The position numbers and the translations under genes are program-made. A DNA stretch of 64,000 bases from Halieaceae bacterium MED-G27 (lineage in GTDB: Bacteria; Pseudomonadota; Gammaproteobacteria; Pseudomonadales; Halieaceae), in NCBI GenBank assembly GCA_002456975.1, contig NTKA01000005.1:7062-71061 (forward strand), in the 5' to 3' direction. This document shows positions 20,347-31,080 of this stretch, piece by piece (the stretch's first letter is position 1; every line of letters begins with the position of its first letter). A model generated the notes under the pieces. That model saw only the letters and a list, made by a program, of their open reading frames with translations. It had not been told where the DNA came from and ran no database searches.

Positions 20347-20597
20347 GAAGCGTCCGTGTGGCTACCTGCGTATCCTGGAGAGTGGAAACCGTTCGGGTGA
20401 TGCGGCGTCGTTTGTCACGCTCACGGAGGGTACACAAGTCGCGGCCGTAGGAGCGCAAATACACCTCCATGTGTGGCCGAGCATGCTGAGTAATGCCCGT
20501 CGTTTTTGCGTTCGTTCGAGAGGGTGTGTTGTGGCATATTGTTAGACCGTGCTAAAAGAAAGAACACTCGATTGACCGCACAATCTAGGGGGTTTGC

Positions 20598-22658
20598 ATG
20601 AGCTTACGTATTATTGCCGTTGTCATCGGCGTATGTATTTGTGGCATTGCCTATGCCGATGATCACGCTTCTGAATTTCTTGACGTCGGCGACTGGCTGG
20701 AAGCCGAGCGGGTCAGCGACGCGCGTATCTCGCCGGACGGCAGCAAGATCGTTTACACGCGTCGATACGTCGATAAGATCAATGATCGATTTGACTCGTC
20801 GTTGTGGATCATGGACAGCGACGGTGAACGTGAACGTTTCCTGATCAAGGGTTCGAATCCGCGCTGGTCGTCAGACGGTACGCGATTGCTGTTCACGGGT
20901 CCAGACAAGAATGGTAAGCCCCAAATATTCGTTCGGTGGATGGATGACGAGGGGGCGGTCTCACAGGTAACCAATGTCACTGTGACGCCGGCGTCGCCGA
21001 CCTGGTCACCCGACGGCGAGCATATTGCATTCGTTGCTATTATCCCGGCCAAGAACAAGTGGAATGTATCCATTCCCTCGCCACCCGAGGGCGCGAAGTG
21101 GACCGAGGGACCTCGTATCCTCGATCGTATTCACTACCGTCAGGATCGGGTTGGTTTTCGCGATCCGGGGTATTCCCATCTGTTCGTTGTGCCGGCGAGT
21201 TCGGGCACGGCCCGCCAGCTGACCTCAGGCGAATGGCACGTTGGTGCACAGTTCGACGGACTGTTCTTTGGGGCAGGTTTAAGCTGGACGCCCGACAGCA
21301 AGCGAATCTTGTTCGATGGACTCGATGATCCAAACAGTGATTTGATGTATCGGCGGTCGCATATCTACGCTATCGATGTCGCTACAGGCGAACGGGAGGT
21401 GCTGACTGACAGCATCGGCTACTGGACCGATCCGGTCGTGTCGCCTGATGGTAGGCGCGTTGTCTATTCCGGTTACCCGAAAGCGAAGGAAACCTACGAA
21501 ATGCCGCATCTCTTCGTCATGGATATCGACGGCGGCAACCCTAGCAACCTGACCGAAGACTTCGACCGGCCGGCGAACGCCGTGATCTGGGACGACAACA
21601 ACCGCCGGATCTATTTCACTGCCCAGGATCGCGGTTACGTCAATGTCTTCAAAAGCGATCTCAACGGAAAAGTGACTCCGGTAACCTCCGGGCAGCAGGT
21701 CGCAACACTGGTATCGGCCGACAAGGCGCGCACTGTTGGTGTCGGTCTTATCAGCAACTTTAGCGAGCCCGGCGACATCTACCGTTTCCCATTGGCTAGG
21801 CCCGGAGAGCCGACCCAGTTGACCGCGGTCAATGCCGATATGCTGGAGGGCAAGACGCTCGGTGAGCAGGAGGAAATCTGGTTCGAGGCGGAAGATGGAA
21901 GCATGGCACATGGCTGGATTGTCAGGCCACCAAATTTCGATCCCGAGAAAAAATACCCGATGATTTTCGAAATTCACGGTGGTCCGTTTGCCATGTACCA
22001 GGGCCGCTTTAATCTGACCTATCAGATCTACGCGGCGAACGGATTCGTCGTTCTCTATACCAATCCGCGTGGCAGCACGGGTTACGGCGAGGCATTTTCA
22101 CAGGCGATCAGCCGCGCGTATCCGAGCGTCGATCATCTCGATCTGATGGCGGGTGTCGACGCGGCACTCGAGACTGGTTATGTGGATGAAAAACGCCTTT
22201 ATGTCGGTGGCTGCAGCGGTGGTGGCGTACTATCCAGCTGGATGATCGGTCATACCGATCGTTTCGCAGCGGCGGCTGTCCGTTGCCCGGTCGTTAACTG
22301 GATGAGCATGATGGGAACCACCGATATTCCCTTTTTCACGCTGTCTTTCTTCGAGAAGCCCTTCTGGGAAGACCCGACCGATTGGTTGAAGCATTCATCG
22401 ATCATGTATGTCGACAAGGTGACCACTCCGACACTGGTCATGACGGGTGAAAAGGATCTGCGGACCCCGATGGCGCAATCAGAAGAGTACTATGCGGCCC
22501 TAAAGGTGCAGGGGGTACCAGCGCAGCTAATGCGCTTTAACGAAGAATATCACGGTACAAGCTCAAAGCCGTCAAACGCGATGCGCACCATGGCTTACAT
22601 GATGGCTTGGTACAACCAGTGGACCGAGGATGGTGAAGTCACTGACTCGGACGAGTAA
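20598..22658 (+). CDS. Secreted S9 family peptidase (beta-propeller plus alpha/beta hydrolase)
   Basis: Signal peptide; PD40-like SPDG repeats; IHGGP, NPRGSTGYG, GCSGGG (Ser), DLRTP (Asp), EYHG (His). Confidence 0.93.
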   Translation: MSLRIIAVVIGVCICGIAYADDHASEFLDVGDWLEAERVSDARISPDGSKIVYTRRYVDKINDRFDSSLWIMDSDGERERFLIKGSNPRWSSDGTRLLFTGPDKNGKPQIFVRWMDDEGAVSQVTNVTVTPASPTWSPDGEHIAFVAIIPAKNKWNVSIPSPPEGAKWTEGPRILDRIHYRQDRVGFRDPGYSHLFVVPASSGTARQLTSGEWHVGAQFDGLFFGAGLSWTPDSKRILFDGLDDPNSDLMYRRSHIYAIDVATGEREVLTDSIGYWTDPVVSPDGRRVVYSGYPKAKETYEMPHLFVMDIDGGNPSNLTEDFDRPANAVIWDDNNRRIYFTAQDRGYVNVFKSDLNGKVTPVTSGQQVATLVSADKARTVGVGLISNFSEPGDIYRFPLARPGEPTQLTAVNADMLEGKTLGEQEEIWFEAEDGSMAHGWIVRPPNFDPEKKYPMIFEIHGGPFAMYQGRFNLTYQIYAANGFVVLYTNPRGSTGYGEAFSQAISRAYPSVDHLDLMAGVDAALETGYVDEKRLYVGGCSGGGVLSSWMIGHTDRFAAAAVRCPVVNWMSMMGTTDIPFFTLSFFEKPFWEDPTDWLKHSSIMYVDKVTTPTLVMTGEKDLRTPMAQSEEYYAALKVQGVPAQLMRFNEEYHGTSSKPSNAMRTMAYMMAWYNQWTEDGEVTDSDE

Positions 22659-22670
22659 GTATGCTGCAGT

Positions 22671-22698
22671 CGTCCGGAGAGCCTTCGTTTTCCGGGCG
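22671..22698 (+). terminator. Probable terminator of the S9 peptidase
   Basis: CGTCCGGAGA...TTTCCGGGCG stem with G-U pairs, followed by GTTTGTT. Confidence 0.55.
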
Positions 22699-22739
22699 GT
22701 TTGTTACGATTCCGCCGTTGGTAACCGTACGCCTGTTTC

Positions 22740-22947
22740 GGTAGCCACGAGATGATCCTGCATCAGCTATGAGCGAAGGTTTGCGTCGTTCGTGTACACG
22801 CCGAGCCGGTCGTGATTGGGGCGTTAGTGCATTCGTTGCCGACTTTTCTAGGTCGCTGAATACGACTACGAGAACGGTGTGTGCGGCCCATGCGATACGG
22901 GTTCAGTGCTGGAGTCGGTGTTCCCAGTAGTACGCCAGATCGGCCGC
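22740..22947 (-). pseudogene. Probable heavily decayed copy of the phoH 5' end
   Basis: Collinear blocks shared with 19982-20124 (GGT.GCCACGA, CAGCTAT, GTCGTTCG, CGGGTTC, GCC.GA.CG.C.G), separated by insertions. Confidence 0.55.
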
Positions 22948-23000
22948 GAACACGCAGTAAGATAGTCAGGCAGTTGAGAGCTACCGCGCTCGCGCCGATA

Positions 23001-24341
23001 TTAAAGGTCTAATGCGCCCCGTAGCGAGTTCGGTAGTGCTTCGATCACCTCTACCGTGGCGAAGTTGCCGATTAAATCTTGATCAAGACATGAGAAGTTG
23101 ACCACTCGATTGTTCTCGGTCCGTCCCGCCAATTGCCCTGGGTCTTTTTTTGATACGCCCGTTACTAGGATGCGTTGTTTCGAGCCCACCATTCGTCGGC
23201 TGATGGCCTGCGCTTGTTGACTGATGCGCGATTGCAAGATGTGTAATCGCGTCTTTTTCACGTCATCTGGCGTGTTGTCCGCAAGCTCGGCGGCCGGTGT
23301 GCCAGGCCGGGCGCTGTAGATAAAGCTGAACGACGTATCGAAACCAACGTCATCAATGAGCTTCATCGTGGCGGCAAAGTCCGGTTCGGTCTCTCCGGGA
23401 AAGCCGATGATGAAGTCCGATGACAGTGAAATGTCGGGTCTGATGGCACGCAGCGCACGAATCTTGGACTTGTACTCGGTCGCTGTGTGGCCGCGTTTCA
23501 TTGCCATCAGTATGCGATCAGACCCGCTTTGTACCGGAAGGTGAAGATGGTTAACCAGTGCTGGCACTTCGCGGTAGCACTCGATGAGGCTGTCGCTGAA
23601 CTCTACAGGGTGAGACGTGGTGTAACGAATTCGCTCGATGCCGGGAACCATGTTGACCAGCGTAATGAGTTCAGCAAAGTCGACGATCTCGCCCAAATGG
23701 TTATGGCCGCGATAGGCGTTCACATTTTGCCCAAGCAGGTTTATCTCTTTTACACCACTGTCGGCGAGGTGGGCGACTTCGGCAATGACATCGTCAACCG
23801 GGCGGGAAACCTCCTCACCACGGGTGTAGGGAACGACACAAAACGTGCAGTACTTGCTGCATCCTTCCATGACCGACACAAAGGCAGTGGCGCTGTCGGT
23901 GCTTGGTTGCGGCAGCCGGTCAAATTTCTCAATCTCGGGAAACGAAATATCGACAACAGCGCTGCTACTCGATTCCCGGTCGTCGAGCATCTCAGGCAGT
24001 CTATGAAGTGTTTGGGGGCCAAAAATGAGATCGACGTAGGGTGCTCGCTCGCTGATTGCCTCACCCTCTTGGCTGGCAACGCAGCCGCCGACCCCAATGA
24101 CAACATCGGGTCGCTTCGCTTTGATTGCTTTCCATCGCCCCAGCTGATGAAAAACCTTTTCCTGCGCCTTCTCTCGAATAGAGCAGGTGTTCAGCAATAG
24201 GACATCAGCCTCCTCAGCATCGTGAGTCTGCTCCATGCCATGGCTCTCTTTGAGTAAGTCACCCATTCGAGCCGAGTCGTATTCATTCATCTGACAACCG
24301 TGGGTCTGAATGAAAACCTTTGATCGCTTGGCGTCTGTCAA
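23001..24341 (-). CDS. miaB: tRNA (i6A37) methylthiotransferase
   Basis: GCQMNEYDS; radical [11 protein letters not shown]; C-terminal TRAM domain. Confidence 0.97.
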   Translation of the reverse strand: MTDAKRSKVFIQTHGCQMNEYDSARMGDLLKESHGMEQTHDAEEADVLLLNTCSIREKAQEKVFHQLGRWKAIKAKRPDVVIGVGGCVASQEGEAISERAPYVDLIFGPQTLHRLPEMLDDRESSSSAVVDISFPEIEKFDRLPQPSTDSATAFVSVMEGCSKYCTFCVVPYTRGEEVSRPVDDVIAEVAHLADSGVKEINLLGQNVNAYRGHNHLGEIVDFAELITLVNMVPGIERIRYTTSHPVEFSDSLIECYREVPALVNHLHLPVQSGSDRILMAMKRGHTATEYKSKIRALRAIRPDISLSSDFIIGFPGETEPDFAATMKLIDDVGFDTSFSFIYSARPGTPAAELADNTPDDVKKTRLHILQSRISQQAQAISRRMVGSKQRILVTGVSKKDPGQLAGRTENNRVVNFSCLDQDLIGNFATVEVIEALPNSLRGALDL

Positions 24342-24467
24342 AGTTGCTGATCTCTGATAACGGAAAGCCGCGAAGTATACCGCTTATAGTGACAAACTCA
24401 GCAACACTAATGCTCGTTTTGGTTAAAAGTGCTAGCATCGCGACCCCATTTGAACGACAGCTACACT

Positions 24468-24809
24468 ATGGCGGCGCAACCCGTTTACAAAATCATTTTT
24501 CACAATGGCAAGCAGGTCTTTGAGATCTTTGCTAAGCAGATCTACCAGAGTGATATGTGGGGGTTTATAGAAATCGAAGAAATGCTGTTCGGTGAGCGAT
24601 CGCAAATTGTTGTCGACCCGAGCGAGGAGAAACTGAAGTCAGAGTTTTCCGGCGTCAAACGCAGCTACATCCCGATGCAGTCGATCATCCGCATCGATGA
24701 AGTTGAGAAGCAAGGCGCGGCCAAGATCAGCGAGGGCGGCGAGGGTAGCAAGATCGCAACCTTCCCAATGGCACCGGGGGGTGCCAGTTCGGTCGGTTCA
24801 GATGATTAG
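24468..24809 (+). CDS. DUF1820 family protein
   Basis: YKIIFHN...VVDPSEEKLKSEF..VKRSYIPM..IRIDEV; divergent from miaB. Confidence 0.85.
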   Translation: MAAQPVYKIIFHNGKQVFEIFAKQIYQSDMWGFIEIEEMLFGERSQIVVDPSEEKLKSEFSGVKRSYIPMQSIIRIDEVEKQGAAKISEGGEGSKIATFPMAPGGASSVGSDD

Positions 24810-24823
24810 CAACCAACCAATGA

Positions 24824-25816
24824 TTAACCCAGTTTGACGGCGCTCAGAATTGCGCGTTGCGGCGCCGAGTGACCTTCGATTGTTTTTTGTGAGTCGTCCG
24901 GATCAAGGAAGTCTGACAGTGAGTGAAAGGTCATCCACGACGTGGATCGCTGCTCGGCAGTGCTGGTTTGGTTGATATCGACTAGTTCAACATCGACAAA
25001 TCCGAGTTTTTTGAGCCAACTTCCCAGCGCCGGCGCGCTTGGCAGAAACCAAACATTCCCCATTCGCGCATAGCGATCTGGCGGCATAAAAACGGTCTGA
25101 GCGTCACCCTCAACCACCAGTGTTTCCAGAATGAGTTGACCACCCGGGGCGAGACATTCTCGTAGCCGAGACAAATGATCGATCGGCGATTTCCGGTGAT
25201 AGAGCACGCCCATCGAAAATACGGTATCAAAGGCCTCTAGCTTTGCTGGTAGATGCTCTAGCGCGAGTGGCAAAACGTGAATGTTTGGGCACTGCAGGTA
25301 ATGTTGCAGGGCCTTGAATTGAAGGACAAACAATGGCGTGGGGTCGATGCCAATCACTTCATCGGCGCCCTGACCCAGCATGCGCCAACAGTGGTAGCCA
25401 TTCCCACAGCCGACGTCGAGTACGCGTTTTCCGGCCAGTGGACGAAGCGCGGGCTGCAGGCGATCCCATTTGAAGTCAGATCGCCACTCGGTATCGATAG
25501 TCACGTCGAACAAAGAGAAGGGACCTTTTCGCCATGGGTGCAAGCCTCGCAATGCGCGCTCGAGTTCGCTGCTTGACGCTTGGCTAATATCACCGGAGCA
25601 ACCAACTGCTGATTGATTCAGTAATGTTGCGTCGGCGTTTAGCTGGGGAAGTGCTGCCAGCGCATCGCGCCAACGTGGCAGATCGCCGTAGCGTTTTTCG
25701 GACATTCTGTGCGCAATATCGCCCGGCAGTTGCTCAAGCCAGTTGACCAGCGACGGTAACTCCCAGCGTTGGTTGAACTGTTCTAAGTCGAAGGCTAGTT
25801 CGGTCGGCTGATCCAC
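24824..25816 (-). CDS. cmoB: tRNA U34 carboxymethyltransferase
   Basis: PWRKGPF, IDTEWRSDFKW, DVGCGNGYH, MGVLYHR. Confidence 0.96.
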   Translation of the reverse strand: MDQPTELAFDLEQFNQRWELPSLVNWLEQLPGDIAHRMSEKRYGDLPRWRDALAALPQLNADATLLNQSAVGCSGDISQASSSELERALRGLHPWRKGPFSLFDVTIDTEWRSDFKWDRLQPALRPLAGKRVLDVGCGNGYHCWRMLGQGADEVIGIDPTPLFVLQFKALQHYLQCPNIHVLPLALEHLPAKLEAFDTVFSMGVLYHRKSPIDHLSRLRECLAPGGQLILETLVVEGDAQTVFMPPDRYARMGNVWFLPSAPALGSWLKKLGFVDVELVDINQTSTAEQRSTSWMTFHSLSDFLDPDDSQKTIEGHSAPQRAILSAVKLG

Positions 25817-25829
25817 AATAATCGGTTCC

Positions 25830-26555
25830 CTAGGCGATTGCGATCAGCGATGCGAAATTCAGGCATTGAAACCAGACCTCGGATCGGCTGAAGCCGGCTG
25901 CCTTTAGCCTCGCTCTGTGGTCATCGGCTGTCTCGGGTATCAGCACCGTCTCGAGTGACGACCGCTTTTGGGCGATTTCCAAGTCGCTGTAACCCTGAGC
26001 TCGCTTGAAATCATGGTGCATATCGATCAGCAAGTGGTCCATGGTAGGGTCGTCCATCGCGAGTTTCTCAGAGAGAATCAACAATCCTCCGGGCACTAAT
26101 GCCTCCCGGATACGGCTCAGCAGTGCGAGGCGCTGATCGACAGGTATAAACTGTAAGGTGAAGTTGAGTATCACAACACTACTGGGTTCTAATTTCACAG
26201 CCGTGATATCGGCTAACTGCCAGTCTATGCGTGATGCGTTGGAAAATTGCAGCTGCGCGCGGTTGATCATGGCCTCCGAGTTATCGATACCAACGAGCTT
26301 GCAGCTGTTGCTTGGGATCGCAGCTTCTGCTGCTCGGAGCGACTCGCCCAGCGAGCAACCTAGGTCATAGATGGCGGTTTCTGGCACAGCGTGGCGTTGT
26401 GCCAGCAACCCGGTCATAGCGACGATCGTAGAGTAGCCTGGGACCGAGCGTTTGATCATATCGGGAAAGACCTCAACCACCTCTTCGTTAAAGGTAAAAA
26501 GAGAGGGGTCGGCCAACACCTCGCTGAATAGGCGATCGCGTTTTGATTCCGTCAT
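25830..26555 (-). CDS. cmoA: Carboxy-SAM synthase
   Basis: VFPDMIKRSVPGY, YDLGCSLG, NFTLQF, WFQCLNF. Confidence 0.96.
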   Translation of the reverse strand: MTESKRDRLFSEVLADPSLFTFNEEVVEVFPDMIKRSVPGYSTIVAMTGLLAQRHAVPETAIYDLGCSLGESLRAAEAAIPSNSCKLVGIDNSEAMINRAQLQFSNASRIDWQLADITAVKLEPSSVVILNFTLQFIPVDQRLALLSRIREALVPGGLLILSEKLAMDDPTMDHLLIDMHHDFKRAQGYSDLEIAQKRSSLETVLIPETADDHRARLKAAGFSRSEVWFQCLNFASLIAIA

Positions 26556-26654
26556 GAAGCGCTACTTTCAATCTCAATATCTAATGCCAATTATGATAAC
26601 AGGCGTTCCGGCACCAACATGGTTCCCGTATACTCCGGCGTGTTTCACTGTTAG

Positions 26655-27851
26655 ATGAGAGTCCAGATGCTGAGCACGCTTTCGGTATTACCGCCCGACC
26701 CCATTTTAGGCCTCGCTGCGACTTGTCGCGCCGACACCAATCCCGACAAGATTGATCTGACGGTAGGCATATATATGGATGAGAACGGTATCTGCCCTGT
26801 CTTCGAGGCTGTTCAAATGGCGCAGCGGGCGCTGATAGCGGAGGAAGTCACCAAGGCCTATCTTCCTGCTGCGGGTGATCAGATGTTTTTGGATCAAATG
26901 AAAGGGCTGGTTTTTGGCGATGAGCTTGTTGGTGACGGCCAACACATTACCGCTATTCAGACACCCGGTGGTTGCGGCGCTATCCGAATCGCTTCTGAAG
27001 TGCTCGCTGAGGCGTCTCCCGATGCCACCGTCTGGGTGAGCAATCCGACTTGGCCTGTTCACATCCCTTTACTCGGCTCGGTGGGGCTTAAATTTGCCAC
27101 TTACCGCTACTACGACCCAGCCAGCCATGGCGTCGATTTCGAGGTTATGGTTGACGATCTAAAAGGAGCCAGGGCTGGTGATATCGTTTTGTTGCACGGT
27201 TGTTGTCACAATCCCTCGGGTGCTGATCTGACGTTAGACCAGTGGTCAGCGATCGCAGATCTTGCTGAGTCACAGGGTTTTACCGTACTGATTGATCTCG
27301 CTTACTTGGGGATGGGAAAGGACCTTGAAGTTGATGCGGCGGGTTTGCGATTGATGGCGAGCCGTTTGGGAGAAGTGATTGTGGCGGCATCCTGCTCGAA
27401 AAATCTTGGTTTATACCGGGAGCGAACCGGTACTGCTCTGTTTTTTGGCCGCAATTCACAAACAGCGGCAGCGACCCAAAGCCACGGTCTGGGTGCCGCG
27501 AGACGGGTTTACTCAATGCCGCCAGCTCACGGTGCGCTGCTAGCTGGCCGAGTGCTCAGTGACCCAGAGCTCAGGGCATCTTGGGAGGCCGAGTTGGCGG
27601 GTATCTGTGCAAGGATGAACCTGCTACGAAATACCTTTAGTGAGCGACTGACGGCACGTACTGATCGAGACTTTGCATTTATCTCGCGTGAGAACGGGAT
27701 GTTCTCGTTCTTGGGCTTGTCTGTTGAACAGGCGCAGTCATTGAGGGCATCCCGAGGTCTGTATATGCTGGACTCGTCACGGATCAATGTGGCGGCGCTC
27801 AATGACCACAATATGGACCTTGTGGTCGAGGCTGTTGCATCGGTTCTGTAG
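26655..27851 (+). CDS. Aspartate/aromatic amino acid aminotransferase (AspC/TyrB family)
   Basis: PPDPILGL, HGCCHNPSG, SCSKNLGLYRER (PLP Lys), SRINVA; start may be 26667. Confidence 0.93.
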   Translation: MRVQMLSTLSVLPPDPILGLAATCRADTNPDKIDLTVGIYMDENGICPVFEAVQMAQRALIAEEVTKAYLPAAGDQMFLDQMKGLVFGDELVGDGQHITAIQTPGGCGAIRIASEVLAEASPDATVWVSNPTWPVHIPLLGSVGLKFATYRYYDPASHGVDFEVMVDDLKGARAGDIVLLHGCCHNPSGADLTLDQWSAIADLAESQGFTVLIDLAYLGMGKDLEVDAAGLRLMASRLGEVIVAASCSKNLGLYRERTGTALFFGRNSQTAAATQSHGLGAARRVYSMPPAHGALLAGRVLSDPELRASWEAELAGICARMNLLRNTFSERLTARTDRDFAFISRENGMFSFLGLSVEQAQSLRASRGLYMLDSSRINVAALNDHNMDLVVEAVASVL

Positions 27852-27906
27852 TTCTGTCGCTCTGTAGTTCTGGAGCTACGTAGCGGTCAGCGAAGGCGTC
27901 AGATCG

Positions 27907-29808
27907 CTACGACGTGCTGTCCTCGAGTTCGATCAAACGCTCGAGCGCGACATCCAATTGCTCACCGGCTCTGGCAAGTTCTGTCAGCGTTTCATTAACC
28001 TCATGGCTGTCCCGGGTATAAAAATCCGGAGTCTCAGTTAGCACCATCAGGCGAAGATGGTCAGCCTCGAGGGCTTCTATTTGTGCGGGTAACTGATCGA
28101 GTTCTCGTTGTTCCTTATAGCTAAGTTTGCGAGCGGAGCGCTCTTGGTTTTGCTTTGCTGGTTTTTGATCAGTCGTTGATGACGGTGCAGCTGCACCACG
28201 ATTCTCGACAGACGAGCGTTGGAAACCACCACCCCGAGCCTCCCAGTCAGAAAAGCCCCCGGCTTGCTCATCAACAACACCGTGGTCGTCGATGACCAAT
28301 AAGCTGGTGACGACCTTGTCCATGAAATCCCGATCGTGGCTGACCAATAGCACGGTGCCGGTGTAGTCGAGCAAGACCTCCTCGAGTAATTCTAGAGTCT
28401 CAATGTCGAGGTCATTGGTAGGTTCATCGAGCACTAGCAGATTGGCAGGCTGTGTAAACAGCTTTGCCAAAATAGCCCGGTTGCGCTCGCCACCCGACAA
28501 GGCCTTGGCGGGAGCTCGGACACGATCGGGCGAAAACAGAAAATCACCCAGATAGCCGATTGCGTGCCGCTTCTTGCCACCAACCTCGATAAACTCCTGA
28601 CCGCCGCAAATGTTATCGATCAGATTCTGATCGGGGTTGAGGTTTGCCCGTAATTGGTCAGAGTAAGCAGTTTCAAGTTTTGATCCCAATTTCACGCTGC
28701 CTGCAGTGGGGGTCAGCTTGCCGAGAATCAGATTGATCAGTGTGGTTTTACCGGCACCGTTTTTCCCAACGATACCAACACGATCTCCCCTTTGAATCAC
28801 ACTGTTGAGGGCCGTTAGGACGGGTTTGTCGCCATATTGAAAATCTACATCGGTAAGCTCGGCCACTAGCTTGCCGGATAACACCGAGTTATCTAATTGA
28901 ATGTTGGCACGGCCCTCTCGATGTCGTCGACTCGCTCGCTCCTCTCGCATCGTCTCGAGACGTCTTACTCGTCCCTCGTTTCGCGTTCGACGCGCTTTTA
29001 TTCCCTGCCTGATCCAGACTTCTTCCTGTGCAAGTCGCTTGTCGAACAATGCATCGGCTTTGGCTTCGGCCTCGAGCGCGTCATTTCGATGGCGCATAAA
29101 GTCGCGATAACTGCCGGTCCAGAGCGATAGCTTGCCTCGATCAAGCTCGCCGATTCGATTGGCAACGGCCTGCAGAAATCGGCGATCGTGGGTGATTACA
29201 ACCAATGCGCCGTTGTATTGTGCGAGCTGTGCTTCGAGCCACTCGATGGTTGGAATGTCGAGGTGGTTGGTGGGCTCATCGAGTAGCAGTAAATCGGGCT
29301 TCGACACCAAGGCTCTCGCCAAGGCAACGCGTCTACGCCATCCCCCTGAGAGGTCTTTGAGAAAACGATCACCATCAAGGCCTAGTTGGGTGAGCGTGGT
29401 TTCGACCTGCGTTCGCATTCGCCAACCGTCATTTGCCTCAATCGCTTGCTGGATGCGAGCCATTTCTGCGAGCTCGCTATCACTGTTGGCGTTCACCAGG
29501 GCTTCGTATTGTCGAAAGAGGTCGCCGATATCGGTGAGACCGCCGGATACCCAGTCAAAAACGCGTGTATCGCCCTCGATGGGCAGCTCCTGCTCGAGCC
29601 GCGCAAGGCGGATGGCGGGATCGATCCAGCGACTGCCATCGTCCAACGGGTGTTCGCCACTGAGCACTCGAAATAAGGTGGTTTTACCGACGCCATTGCG
29701 GCCGAGTAGGCCAATTCGATCCCCCTTTTCGATGACGAAGTCGACCCCATCCAGTATGGCATGCGAGCCAAAGTGCAGTTCTGCATTGCTCAATCGCATT
29801 ATTGCCAT
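27907..29808 (-). CDS. uup: ABC-F ATPase Uup
   Basis: Two ABC cassettes; QEEVWIRQGIKARRTRNEGR linker; KLSYKEQREL C-terminal domain. Confidence 0.93.
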   Translation of the reverse strand: MAIMRLSNAELHFGSHAILDGVDFVIEKGDRIGLLGRNGVGKTTLFRVLSGEHPLDDGSRWIDPAIRLARLEQELPIEGDTRVFDWVSGGLTDIGDLFRQYEALVNANSDSELAEMARIQQAIEANDGWRMRTQVETTLTQLGLDGDRFLKDLSGGWRRRVALARALVSKPDLLLLDEPTNHLDIPTIEWLEAQLAQYNGALVVITHDRRFLQAVANRIGELDRGKLSLWTGSYRDFMRHRNDALEAEAKADALFDKRLAQEEVWIRQGIKARRTRNEGRVRRLETMREERASRRHREGRANIQLDNSVLSGKLVAELTDVDFQYGDKPVLTALNSVIQRGDRVGIVGKNGAGKTTLINLILGKLTPTAGSVKLGSKLETAYSDQLRANLNPDQNLIDNICGGQEFIEVGGKKRHAIGYLGDFLFSPDRVRAPAKALSGGERNRAILAKLFTQPANLLVLDEPTNDLDIETLELLEEVLLDYTGTVLLVSHDRDFMDKVVTSLLVIDDHGVVDEQAGGFSDWEARGGGFQRSSVENRGAAAPSSTTDQKPAKQNQERSARKLSYKEQRELDQLPAQIEALEADHLRLMVLTETPDFYTRDSHEVNETLTELARAGEQLDVALERLIELEDSTS

Positions 29809-29897
29809 CAAAAAATTCTCCTTTTCCCCCTATGGAGTCTACGCAAGCCGGTGATTGACCGATGGATTTTGTTAAAATGGGTGCTCTGGGGGAGAGC

Positions 29898-30935
29898 ATG
29901 ACACAGCAAAATGAACGTTACGACGACCGTATGGTGGCTATTTGGCTCCTGATCTGTGCGGCCACTATTTTCGGTATGATTTTATTGGGCGGGGTCACGC
30001 GTCTGACGGATTCTGGCTTATCAATGGTCGATTGGCGGCCCATCATGGGGGTTGTGCCGCCGCTCTCTGGTAGCGACTGGGTAGCGCTCTTCGATGAATA
30101 CAAGCGCTTCCCCGAGTACCAGTTAATCAACCAGTCGATGACATTGGCTGAGTTCAAGGTCATTTTTTACTACGAGTATCTACATCGCATGCTCGGTCGA
30201 CTCATTGGTCTCTTATTTTTCATTCCACTTGTTGTCTTGTGGTTAAAAGGGCGGATCCGACCAGAGTTAATGCCGCGTCTTTTATTCCTGCTCGCGCTGG
30301 GTGGGGCGCAAGGCTTGATGGGTTGGTATATGGTTCAAAGCGGTTTGGTTGATCGACCCGATGTTTCTCAATACCGACTCACTGCGCATTTGGGACTTGC
30401 TATCACCATTTATGGACTGATTGTCTGGCAAATCACTAGCTTGCTGTCCGACGGTCGAACCTACCGCATGGGTGCTGGGATGGGGCCGGTCTACCTCATA
30501 GGGTTGGTCTATATAATGATTCTCAGTGGCGGCTTCGTCGCTGGCACTGATGCGGGGTTGTCATTCCCCACCTGGCCACTGATGGGGGACTCCTTCATCC
30601 CCACAGCACTCTATCGCGATGGTTGGATATCGGCTTTTGAGCAAGTCACTACCATCCACTTTAACCATCGTATGCTCGCCTACTTAACCGCCTTAATTGT
30701 AGTGACTGTCGCAGCGCGATCCCTTGCTAAGACCGCCGATTCAAGAGTGCGGATAGCGAGCTGGCTATTGCTGTTGATTCTCGCTTGTCAGGTACTTCTT
30801 GGTATCTCCACGGTGCTTACTCATGTGGCGATTCCAATCGCTGCCGCACATCAAAGCGGTGCTGTTCTACTGCTGACGGCGACTGTCTTTTGGGTTCACT
30901 CAAAGCAAACCGAAAATTTGAGATCGGATTTTTGA
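29898..30935 (+). CDS. ctaA: Heme A synthase (COX15/CtaA type 2)
   Basis: GGVTRLTDSGLSM, EYLHRMLGR, YRLTAHL, HFNHR, AAHQ. Confidence 0.93.
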   Translation: MTQQNERYDDRMVAIWLLICAATIFGMILLGGVTRLTDSGLSMVDWRPIMGVVPPLSGSDWVALFDEYKRFPEYQLINQSMTLAEFKVIFYYEYLHRMLGRLIGLLFFIPLVVLWLKGRIRPELMPRLLFLLALGGAQGLMGWYMVQSGLVDRPDVSQYRLTAHLGLAITIYGLIVWQITSLLSDGRTYRMGAGMGPVYLIGLVYIMILSGGFVAGTDAGLSFPTWPLMGDSFIPTALYRDGWISAFEQVTTIHFNHRMLAYLTALIVVTVAARSLAKTADSRVRIASWLLLLILACQVLLGISTVLTHVAIPIAAAHQSGAVLLLTATVFWVHSKQTENLRSDF

Positions 30936-31080
30936 GCCGCCCCTTGCCCGTTGGGGATTTTACCGTTTGTAAAACAGGGCAGACGCCTGTATATCAGAGG
31001 TAATGGGGCGGGTTTAAGCGGGGGATAGCGTTGCCCGAAGCATGTGAAAAAAAGAGCAATTCGGCAGAAAATGTTGTAAA

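Noticed and set aside
27845-27872. 12-bp direct repeat TCTGTAGTTCTG over the aspC stop
   Set aside because: Two copies only; probably a slippage duplication with no sign of function.
27874-27885. GAGCTACGTAGC matching tRNA-Met as an att site
   Set aside because: 12 bp, matches the tRNA 5' end rather than the 3' end, and encloses housekeeping genes; chance is likely.
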